From Eledone cirrhosa (taxonomy: Eukaryota): DNA of 64,000 bases. A program made the translations under genes and the position numbers. Positions 1 through 10,341 of the stretch are shown here, in pieces; position 1 is the first letter of the stretch, and the number at the start of each line of letters is the position of its first letter. The notes under the pieces were generated by a model. The model ran no database searches and was not told the DNA's origin. It saw nothing but the letters and a program-made list of their open reading frames with translations. The stretch spans positions 40,982,001 through 41,046,000 of the forward strand of contig OZ024755.1 in assembly GCA_964016885.1 (NCBI GenBank), in the 5' to 3' direction.

Positions 1-169
1 TATATATATATATAGTGAAAAAGTGTGGGCGTAAGAAAACGTTCTATACAGATCACGTTTTCTAAGGAAAAGGATAATAAAAGATAACGCACCTTGTATA
101 TATATAAAAACATAAAGTTCCCCTTTTTTTAAATATATACAAGGTGTGTTTTCTTTTATCCTTTTCCTA

Positions 170-214
<45 letters not shown>

Positions 215-218
<4 letters not shown>

Positions 219-680
219 TGCTCTCGAGTGCTACTGGTAACAATAACCCAGTACAACCTGTCCCATGGTCGGGTCATCGGCGACTAAACCGGCAACCCCA
301 CCAAGCTTGCTTGATAAGGAGGGTGATATTTGGACACCCTGCAGGATGAAATACAAGACCCGGCAAAGGGCGGAGCAACACAGCAGAGTCATTGACCATC
401 CAAATAGTATTTTTTATTTTGGGGTTTTGTGAGGGCTATCGTTGCATTTTCCGTGGCAAACATTTTCACCGAAGATATGCGTCGTTCCAAAAAGTGTGGT
501 TGGTCCTACACAAGCCTTCACCACTTAAAACAAAACTTTGTGTGGGTAGTTCAACATAAGTTTACTTTCTCATATTTCCGCCGGTCTTTTGCGGTATTGA
601 AATGTCACATGCGACACCGCCATCCAGAGAGCTGAACTTTTGTTGGACACTCATACGTCAGATATTGACGGGAGAGTCCA
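215..680 (+). mobile_element. Short non-autonomous RTE-derived element (RTE-like 5' region joined to a decayed C-terminal zinc-finger tail)
   Basis: The 5' part (GTGCTACTGGTAAC...CCCAGTACAACCTGTCCCATGGTCGGGTC...GCGACTAAACCGGCAACCCCACCAA) matches the 5' end of the minus-strand element at 44033-44638. The 3' part encodes FTFSYFRRSFAVLKCHMRHRH, a decayed C2H2-like motif. It is flanked by (TG)n and (TA)n. Confidence 0.6.
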
Positions 681-1234
681 TTATATATATATACAATCCT
701 TATTGAACACACTTCGGATTCTGGTCTTCGTAATTATAATTACTATCATATATATTTGGCTTGTATCCCCCCCCCCCCTAAATATTATTTTGGCTTAAGT
801 TTGATATATTTTAATTACTTCTCTGAGTAGTTAACTCATTAGTACATCTTATCGTTTCATTGAGATGTTTACGTAAACATCTAATGTATAAGATATACTA
901 ATAAATATATTAAACATAAGCCAAAAGTACATTTTGGGGGATATAAGCCAAATCGGCGACACTAAATCCGGCTTTAACTTTATATAATACCCAGAACATG
1001 GTTTCTGCAACTGAAGGTTCAACATCAGGAATTCCAAGATATTGGAATAACCAATATTGGAAGAATTTAAGTTCCATCATCGGGAAGTGAATTCTTAGAA
1101 ATAAGGGGACCAGTTTTTGTTTTTGCACCCCCTCCTCTTTTTTCTTTTTTCTCTCTATCTTTTGTACGTTTATATTTGTAATGTTTATAATGTTATTTAC
1201 GCATTTGTAACTGTGAATAAAAGTTTATTTAATA

Positions 1235-2553
1235 CTAGCAGAATGGCCCGGCGTTACTCGGGATTTGCTCTAGGGTTCTTATATATTTGATATATATTTA
1301 TCCTTATTGAGCCTCGTCAAATAAATACGTTTATTTATATTTTGTTATTGTGTATGCAAAAATATCTGTACACGAATGTATAATTATATATATATCTATA
1401 TATCTAAAACAGAGAATGTCTGTCTGTCTGTCAGCTCACTAAAACTTGAGAACCACCCAACTGATTGTTTTCAAACTTTACACATGTAATACTTATGGTC
1501 CTGTCAGTGTTTTGAGCAAAAAATATTTCAAATTTTCAATGCCCTAGGGACCGCATTAGGCGATTTAGTGATCTCTCTCTCTATAATTCTTAGTCTTTCT
1601 TTATAGATAGATACATAGATATAACGTTGCGCCCTTATAATATCTGTCTGTATGTCTGGCTGTCTGCATTACGTCATTATGACGCGATCAGTGTGTGTGT
1701 GTGTGTATATATATGTATCGTAATGCAGACAGTAAGACATATAGCTTTCCTTCCTCTCTTCCAACATCTCTCTCTCTCTCTCCCGCTATCCCCCTCTTTT
1801 AGTCTGTCTGTTTCTTTCACTCTCACTCTTTCTCTTTATAACTCACATTAATACTAAAGGGTTAAGGTATTGTTCTCAAAATAAATAATATTAAATCTAT
1901 GAGATTTTTATATTATGTGCGATAAAGCCTTTACCATGAAAATAATATAGTATATATAGAGTAATGTAAATGCTAAAGGGTTAATTCCATCAGACCATGT
2001 GAGAGAGTTTATAATCACTCACGCACACATACACAATTCACGCATGCAAACGCGCACAAACTCACGCACACATGCGCACACAAACTCACATACACATGCG
2101 CACACGTACACACACACGCAATAGTTATACAACTGTCATGTATCTTTGACGCATACAACTCTCAAAAGACGGCGTCTGTCACTCTCTCTCTCTGGCTTTC
2201 CCCCTCTTTTAGTCTGTCTGTTTCTTTCACTATCACTCTTTCTCTCTGTAACTCGTTCACATTTCTCCCCTCTATCGAAAAACGCTGTGACGAATGAGGA
2301 GGAGGAGAAAGCCACTTCTTCACTTCGCCTCTCCGTTTCTTTCTCTCTCCTCTCACTCCCTCATTATGTACAGACATTGGCCACTTCACTAATTCGATCC
2401 CTAGGTCAGAATAATTTGAAATTTCTTTTGCTCAAAACACTTCCGAGGCCATACGGGTTACATGTGTAAAGTTTGAAAAAAAACGGTTGGATACTTCTCG
2501 AGTTTTAGGGAAACAGACACACAGACAGACATCCTCTGTTTTATATAGATAGA
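1235..2553 (-). mobile_element. Non-autonomous Helitron
   Basis: On the minus strand it starts TCTATCTATATAAAACAGAGGATGTCTGTCTG and ends with the hairpin CCCGagtaacgcCGGG followed by CTAG. It lies between A and T with no TSD, and has the same type of termini as 35215-36028. Confidence 0.75.
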
Positions 2554-2559
2554 TATCAT

Positions 2560-3576
2560 ACAAAACATATCAGTAAGCACATGGAACGAATCATCAGAAA
2601 GAAACTGATCACGTTCCTCGCGGAAAATGACCGCCTAACTAACACTCAGCATGGCTTTCGCCCAGGAAGAAGTTGTTTTACACAGCTTTTACAATACTGT
2701 GACTGGGTACTGAAACAACTGCTGGACAGCTGACATGTGGACCTGATATATCTTGACTTTGCGAAGGCCTTTGACAAGGTTAACCGTGGTATAATATGTC
2801 ACAAACTACACAAACTCGACATAACTGGAAAAGTAGGTGAGTGGCTGGATGACTTCGAAAAAGACAGAATCCAGACAATTTCAAAAAATGGGGTCCTCTC
2901 AAAGGAAACATCAATAACAAGTGGGGTGCCCCAGGGCACAGTCTTGGGACCACTATGGTTTTTGGTAGATCTCTCAGACATGCCATCTGTAGTACATACC
3001 ACATCCCTCACTAGCTATGCTGATGACACTAAGGTAGCACAGGCAATAAAAAAACCCTGTTGATGCTGCTCTTTTACAACAATATCTGGATGCCATATAC
3101 AGATGGGCTGAGGACAACAACATGCAGTTTAATGCTGGGAAATTGCAAGCCCTTCAATATCAACCTGCAAACATAAGGACAGTGCAACAAAGCTACACCG
3201 GACCAGGAGGGATTGAAATCACCGTGTCGAAATCGATACGAGACCTGGGAATAGACATGAGCGACGATGCATCTTTTTCCTCACACGTCATGAGAGTGGC
3301 AACAATGTGCTGATGACACTCTGGCTGCATCTTGAGAACAAGAGACCGAGAGACCATGTTGGTACTATGGAGGACATTTGTTCTACGCTGTCTGGACTAC
3401 TGCTCCCATCTGTGGTCACCCCATAGTATCAACCTAATCACGGAGCTTGAAGCAATCCAACGAAGCCACACCAAGAGGATTGCCTCAATGATGGAGATGA
3501 GCTACTGGGAGAGGCTAAAAGAACTGAAACTCTACTCCTTGGAACGAAGATGGGAAAGATACGCAGTGATATTCTA
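2560..3576 (+). mobile_element. Degraded CR1-clade LINE RT fragment
   Basis: YLDFAKAFDKV, SGVPQGTVLGP, SYADDTK and LYSLERR motifs with stops and frameshifts. Closely similar to the RT at 54381-55874. Confidence 0.9.
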
Positions 3577-3696
3577 GGGCGGGTAAAATTCCCGAGATTC
3601 ATGGACGAGTTCTCTCCAGCGGTCTCTGTCCCTCATTATCGCTGCCATGTCCTGCGTCTCCAACAGACCAGTGTCTGTCCTTAGGGCATCAACATC
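3574..3696 (-). mobile_element. 3' end of an RTE-clade LINE ORF (inverted)
   Basis: The minus strand translates VDALRTDTGLLETQDMAAIMRDRDRWRELVHESREFYPP*, the typical RTE C-terminal 'DR..WR..V' motif. Confidence 0.7.
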
Positions 3697-4187
3697 CTGA
3701 TGCTGAGGAGGATATTAGAGGGAGCTAGAGCAAAGTGCCTTCTTGCGGTCATGGTTTTCATTGACTTTAGGAAGGCCTTTGATTCTGTGGACCGTCACTG
3801 CCTGATGAAGATCTTACAGGCTTATGGAATCCCCAAGAAGATAGTGGACCTGATATCACTGCTCTATACCAACACCAAAGCCCAAGTCATTACACCTGAT
3901 GGGATGACAGAGTTCTTTGAGATAGTGGCTGGAGTGCTCCAGGGAGATACATTGGCTCCCTACCTTTTTATCATCGTACTGGACTATTGTATGCGCCTTG
4001 CACTGGAGAAACACCAGGACTCTGGCTTTACTGTAGCACCGGCTCAGAGCAGCAGAGTTAAGGCGAAAAGATATCGGATGCTGAATTTGCCGACGACATA
4101 GTTTTGGTGACAAATACAGTGAAGGAGGCAGAGGATTTGATGCAGGAGATTGAGACTGTGTCGATGAGTGTGGGGCTGAGAATGAAT
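3697..4187 (+). mobile_element. RTE-clade LINE RT fragment
   Basis: FIDFRKAFDSV, GVLQGDTLAPYLFIIVLDY, a frameshifted EFADDI motif and VGLRMN. Confidence 0.85.
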
Positions 4188-7100
4188 GACCTGCTCAATG
4201 ACTTCAGGTCTCTAGAAATGGATGTAATTGCCGTCAGCGAGACCAGGATTTCCGACACGCGCGCACTAGCCCCCATTTTCGAAGACTATCAGATCTTTGC
4301 ATCTGTTAGCCGGCCGGGAATGGGAGGCGGGGTGGCAGTGCTGTTTAGGAAAGGCCTGGATCTCGAGGTAAGGTCGATCTTCCGGGACCCGGACGGGAAG
4401 TTGGTGGTCCTGGACATGAACAATAACGAAGGTGGTGCCTTTAGACTGGTGGCCGTCTATGCTCCTACTGGGGCAGGACGGCCGGACTTCTTTAGACGCC
4501 TGGAAGCCTTTCTGGGCACGTCTCGCCCTTTACTGTTAGCGGGGGACTGGAACGGCATCTTAGACGCACGCTGGGACTGTGTGGGAGTATCCGATAGGAG
4601 CGGGGGGTGCAAAAGCCTCAAGAACCTGATCAGCCAGTTCCAACTGTCTGACAGGTACCGACTAGATTTCCCTAATGCGCCAGTGTGGACCTGGATATTC
4701 GTATATAGACAGGATATTCATTAGGAAAATAGACAGAAATAGTGTAAGCTGTCCACGTTCTGAAACGGTCGCTATTCAGATCACAAGTTTGTGATCTGTA
4801 TGGTCGACCTAGATAAGACGCGTAGGTTAGGACCTGGTTACTGGAAGCTAAACATGTCATTTCCGGCACGTAAGGCTTACAGGGACCAGGTCAACAATTT
4901 AGTTAAGAAAAAGTTGACAAGGGGAGTCGTCAATAATAGATGGTGGGGGGCTCTCAAAAGAGAGATTAGAGTAATGTCGATAGAGTTTAGCAAAGAAGTA
5001 GCGTTAGAGAAAAATAGAAAGGAGGGGAAGTTGGTAGATAAGTTAGACGAGGCTATTGGTAGTGGCATTGCAACTCGCTAGCGGAGAGAATGGCATTAGA
5101 CCATTTCTTCAATGCGAAACATGAAGGTTGCATTGTCAGAGCTAAGGCGCGTGCTCTGAGAAACGAGGGAACCAAAGCTGTTCGATGGGCCCGCATGGCA
5201 GAGGCGCAGCGTAGTAATAAAACCACGATTCGGTCTTTGACGGACCGAGACGGACAGGAGCTGAGCGATTCCAAGCGGATGTGTGAGGCCTTTCACCAAC
5301 ATTTTGGTCGGTTGTTCGGGGGAAGTGGCGGGTCAGAGATGGTGGCGGACTTCAGTCCCTAACTCGAAGGCTTGTCGCAACTCTCGACGGCTGACGCTGG
5401 GCGCTGCGAAAGGCCAATTACTTCAGCCGAGATTCAGGATGCCCTTGACGGTTGCATGAGGTGCAAGTCACCTGGTTTGGATGGTCTGCCCTACAAGCTT
5501 TACGTAAATATGCCAGACTTGTTCTCCAATCTCCACGAAGCCCTCTACTGCAACTGGCAGCAAAACGGGAGTATTCCCAGTTCTGTGAGCCGGGGCGTAG
5601 TGACGCTGATAAGGAAAGACGAGAACAAGAGGGACACATTAGACAATTTCAGGCCCATAACTCTGCTCAACACAGAGTTTAAGATTTTGGCCAGGGTGTT
5701 AGCGAAGAGGTTGGCGCTTGTCGTCGGGGATTTGGTTGGGGAGGCGCAAACTTGCACAATCCCAACCAGGTCCATACACGGCAACCTCCACCTAATGGGA
5801 TACATCATAGAGAGGGTAGGGTGTAAACCTGGCTTCGGTGGGGCACTGATCAATTTAGATCAATCGAAAGCATTCGATAGGGTCGACCATCGGTACCTGG
5901 AGGCTGTCCTCAAGGCGGCTGGCTTCGGCCCCGTCTTCAGAAGCTGGATCGCTGCAATGCACAGCGGCACACGCTCGGTGGTCAAGGTTAATGGCCACCT
6001 CTCGGAACCGTTTCAGGTCTCCCGGTCGGTCCGTCAAGGGTGCCCTCTCTCCTCCCTTCTGTACGTATTGACTCTCGAGCCTTTACTGCGGAAGCTGGAG
6101 CTGTTGCAGTGCATCTCGCTCGATACGGGACGCGGAAAGGTTGTGTCGGCTTATGCGGACGACATCACCGTGATGGTGTCGGACACCTCAGAAATCGAGG
6201 TGGTCGGCAACTTATTGGAGGAATATGAAAGGTTGACGGAAGCAAAACTTAACCCGGAAAAGTCAGTGGGCTTGCAACTCGACACCTGGAGAGGCAAGTC
6301 CATGCCGTCCAACAGCGTCGTTAGGCGCTGGACGGACGGACGGACCGGTAAAGTTGCTAGGGGTTTGGTTCGGGCCAGACCTCCAGGTGGATAAGAATTG
6401 GGACGAGGTGACGGGCAGGGTAGTCAGTCTCACCCAGAAATGGGCTGGGATGAAGTTATCACTGAAAGGTCGGGCGGAGGTGGCGAACGCGTACATCGCG
6501 TCCGTCATCTACTACCGTCTGACAGTCGTCCCTTGCCCCAGTTCGCGCCTCGCCATCTTGGAGCGGCTCCACTTCAAATTCTTGTGGAGGGGTCAGGTTC
6601 CGCTGGTGAGGCGGTCCATCTGCTGCCAGCACCCTCTACGTGGAGGGCTGGGCATGCCGTGGCTAATGATGCGCAGGCACCTGCTGAGGCTGCGGCATCT
6701 CCAGATATTCTGCCTAAACGGTGAACGGGTGTGGTCGCCGTTTGTCAGACGGGCCTTTCCGCAGCTCGTTTCTTTGACTGAGTTGCAGTCCTGGGTCAAG
6801 AAGAGACCGAGACTGGGTGACTGGCATCTGGAATGTTGCCAGGCACTCACTGCCTTCTACCAGTAGGCGGGCAATGCGGTCAGTGGAACTTCCACTCTCG
6901 AGTTCTATAGAGGATTAGTGGTGGGCAAGTGCGACGACGCACTCGGAGAGGCTCTGGGAGTCAACGAAGTCGAACTAACCAGTCTGTACCGGAGGATTTC
7001 GAGCCGGGGACGATGGATAATTTCCAAAAATCCCTCGCTTGGCAGTGCTACCGGGGGGCACTGCCGGTTCGAGATAAACTCTACAGGCACGTAAGTGCTG

Positions 7101-7801
7101 TCAGACGGACCTGCCCGAGATGCGCGCAGAGCGACGAAACCGTTCTGTACGCACTCGTCCAGTGTCCGTGCATTACTGATTTGTGGAGTTATGTTGAACA
7201 GCTGTTGTCGCGTGTAGAACGGATCCGGCTATCGGCCGAGTCCATAGTGAAGATCGAGCCGCCGCCTTCTTTTCGCCAGGAAGGGCAGGCAATTTTCCTC
7301 TGTCTGGTGGCAGTAGCGAAAGGGGTTGTATGGTGGACGAGGTTGAAAGGACTGAAGACAGACACTTTTCTCTTCCGCCAATCCCTCATCAACTTTTTCA
7401 AGTTTCACTTGGAAAGGAAGGTGAGGGTGGAGAGAGAAGTGCTGCCCCCCAGTACATTTGCTGAAAGGTGGGTGAATGTGGCGAGAATGGCCCGTGTGAG
7501 TGGGCCTACTCTGGTCATACGGCTGTAGGTAGGTAAATTTGAAGAGGAGAGGGGTGCCCTTCCAGGGTGCTCTCGAAGCGTCGGGTCGTTCATGTGGGGT
7601 ACCTGAGCGAACCCTAGGTGGTCATCCCCCCTATTGGGGAATATTTTCTTGTTGTAATTTTATTGTTACTTTATTCTTACTTTGTTATTGTTACTTTCTT
7701 ATTGTTATTCATATTGTTTACTCGATTTTTCTGTAAAATCCCACTGTCCCAGTCTTTTGTATTGTCCCCTATATGTCGGCCCTTGTGGCCAATAAATGAA
7801 A

Positions 7802-7803
<2 letters not shown>
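4188..7803 (+). mobile_element. Tx1 (L1-clade) LINE, ORF2 (APE-RT-CCHC) pseudogene plus 3' UTR
   Basis: APE motifs (VSETR, GGGVAVL, VYAP, AGDWN, SDH, GPGYWKLN), RT motifs (KSPGLDG, FRPITLLN, LDQSKAFDRV, VRQGCPLS, AYADD) and CPRC..ETV..ALVQC. The T-rich 3' UTR ends GCCCTTGTGGCCAATAAATGAAATC, followed by (ATT)n. Multiple stops and frameshifts. Confidence 0.9.
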
Positions 7804-7836
<33 letters not shown>

Positions 7837-8367
7837 GCCTGGTGGCCATGGCGAAAGAGATTGTGTGGTGGACAAAGTTGAAAGGGTTAAAGACAGACAC
7901 TTTCCTCTTCGGCGAATCCCTGATTAACTTTTTCAAGTTTCACTTGAAGAGGAAAATCAGGGTGGAGAGGCAAGTGTTGTCTTCTAGCAAGTTTGTTGAA
8001 ATGTGGGTGAATGTAGCGAGAATGGTCCGAGTGAACGGGACCGCTGTGAATATACGCTTGTAGTTTGAGGAATGGGAAAAAATTGAGAGAGGGCTCTTGC
8101 CCTGGTGGTCAGGGTGGCCGTTGTCTTTTGTGTGGTTTTCGCCACGAGTAACCCTCGGAGGTTCCCCCCCTATTTGGGAATTTTTCATTGTTTGAATTTT
8201 CATTTTTATTGTTTATATATATATATATGTTTCTATGTCTTTTGTTCTTTTTCGTTTCTTATATAAATAATAAAAATCTTTACACGCACAAAACCCACGT
8301 CCTGTACCGTCCTATGCCGTCTGTAATGTTTTTCTTGATGTCAGCCCTTGTGGCCAATAAAGAAATC
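7837..8367 (+). mobile_element. 5'-truncated Tx1 copy (related subfamily)
   Basis: AMAKEIVWWTKLKGLKTDTFL...WVNVARM matches the C-terminus of the previous element. It has the same terminal motif GCCCTTGTGGCCAATAAAGAAATC and is bracketed by (ATT)n. Confidence 0.85.
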
Positions 8368-8391
8368 ATTATTATTATTATTATTATTATT

Positions 8392-9246
8392 ACAGTTGCA
8401 TTTATCTTGCCTTATGTTCATACGAGTTATCACCAAGTCACAACCAGTGACCTCAAGAGACAACAAGGTCCGCCATGTTCAAGAAAGAACATACATACAC
8501 ACACATGCATCTTTAGGTGTTTAGACTTGTGATGTACTTATATTGACAGAATCTTCCTTAGCATATGAGCAGTTCCCATTAGTACTATCTTTTGTATTTC
8601 TCCTATACGCGGGTTTCCTGGGATTTGCGATAAGTAATCATTAGACCCCTTAGGTATCATTCCTAGAGCGCCTACAACCACTGGTATTGTTTTAGTTCTC
8701 AATTTCCACATTTTTACAATTTCTATCTCCAGGTCCTTATACTTGCTCAATTTATCAAATGTTTTTATAGATACATTCTTGTCTATTGGAACGGACATAT
8801 CAATTAGCAGGCATACCCTCTTTTTAAAGTCCTTCAATATTATATCAGGTCTATTTGCATCTATTTTTCGGTCTGTTTGAATGCTAAAGTTCCACAAGAT
8901 TGAGGTGTGATCTTTTTCAAGTATGGGAGGTTGTCGATGCTCCCACCAATTCTTTTGATGGGGCAGGTCAAAATGCTTACACATTATCCAATGTATGTAT
9001 TGTGCAGCTCTCTCGCGCCTCTTTAGGTATTCGGTTGGAGCTATAGGACTGCACATTGAAATTATATGATCAATGGTCTCTGGTTGTTTTTTACATACAC
9101 AGCATAATGGGTAGCATCCATTTTTTTTTTATTATGTTAGCCTGGTAATTTTTTGTTGGCAGACACTGATCTTGTGCTGATATAATTAGTCCTTCAGTCT
9201 CCGATTTCAGTCCAGAGGATGACAACCACTGATGGGTTAAAGTTTT
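8392..9246 (-). mobile_element. R4/Dong-clade retrotransposon family A, 5'-truncated
   Basis: Restriction-like endonuclease domain NRPDII...LIDMSVP..K..KY.DL. Near-identical to 10342-11194 and bracketed by (ATT)n. Confidence 0.9.
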
Positions 9247-9270
9247 ATTGTTATTATTATTATTATTATT

Positions 9271-10317
9271 GTTCTTTGAGTCTCAGTCATTGATGTTAGT
9301 TAACTGGAAAGTTTGTTGAAATGAATATCAAGCCACTACCTGCAGCCTCAGATATTCAGGACGTATCGGAGGGTTCTTGCTGTTCCCAGCAAGCATGCCT
9401 TTTGAAGCGTTCCAAAAAGCGTGAAGGGGCCAATTTTCTTTAACCATCCCTGGAAACTCCTTGAGATAATACCTAGTGCGCCTATGACAATCGGGACCAC
9501 TTTGACTTCATGGCAGTTCCAAATCCTTTTTACCTCCCACTTTAAGTCCTGGTATCGGTTAATTTTCTCCCTCTCCTTCTCTTGCACTCTCGTGTCGAAT
9601 AGGCAGGCCACATCCACAATCAGGCACGATCTGTTTTCCTTGTCCAAAACCACCAGGTCAGGTCTATTGTGTTCCAGTTTCTTGTCCGTCTATATCCTAA
9701 AATCCCACAGCACCTTCACCTGATCGTTTTCTATCAGCGACTCTGGCTTATGCTCATACTACTTCTCAGAATGTGGTAAATTGTTTACTTTGCATAGGTG
9801 CCAGTGGATCACCCTGCCCATCACATCATGTCTCCAGCCATTATAGTGAGTCTGGGCTAGGTGTTTACACTCGGATACAATGTGAGCCACAGTCTCCTCT
9901 CTCTCCACAGATCCTGCACAGTGGGCTAGCCTCCTCCTTGTAAATATGGTGTTTCAACCACTTCGCTTTGAGGGCCTGCTCTTGCGCAGCCATTAGCATT
10001 CCTTCTGTAGCCTTTTTAAGGTCTCCTCTTTTCAACCAGTTCCATGTCTGTGGATCTCTGAATTCAGTTTTCTCAAAGAAGGTACTATGTAGGGATTTTT
10101 CATGAAGGCTGCTTTTACTCGTTGTTATTTCCTCCTTGAACATCCCCTGGTCTAAAACCTCCTTGGACATCCCCTTGGCCAAAACCACCAGGTCAGGTCT
10201 ATTGTGTTCCAGTTTCTTGTCCGTCTGTATACTAAAATCCCATAGCACCTTCACCTGATCATTTTCTATCACCGACTCTGGCTTATGCTCATACCACTTC
10301 TCAGAATGTGGTAAATT
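9271..10317 (-). mobile_element. R4/Dong family B, 5'-truncated with rearranged 5' junction
   Basis: CRICG zinc knuckle, HNRPDLVV, IVDVAC.FD and RYQDLK motifs. The 3' UTR matches the copies starting at 14597 and 18330. Confidence 0.9.
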
Positions 10318-10341
10318 ATTATTATTATTATTATTATTATT

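Noticed and set aside
838-903. Imperfect ~65 nt hairpin with GAAAC on the minus strand
   Set aside because: There is no CTGANGA box, so it cannot be called a ribozyme or miRNA from sequence alone.
849-1128. Short minus-strand ORFs of 62-72 aa
   Set aside because: They have no recognisable motif and their lengths are expected by chance.
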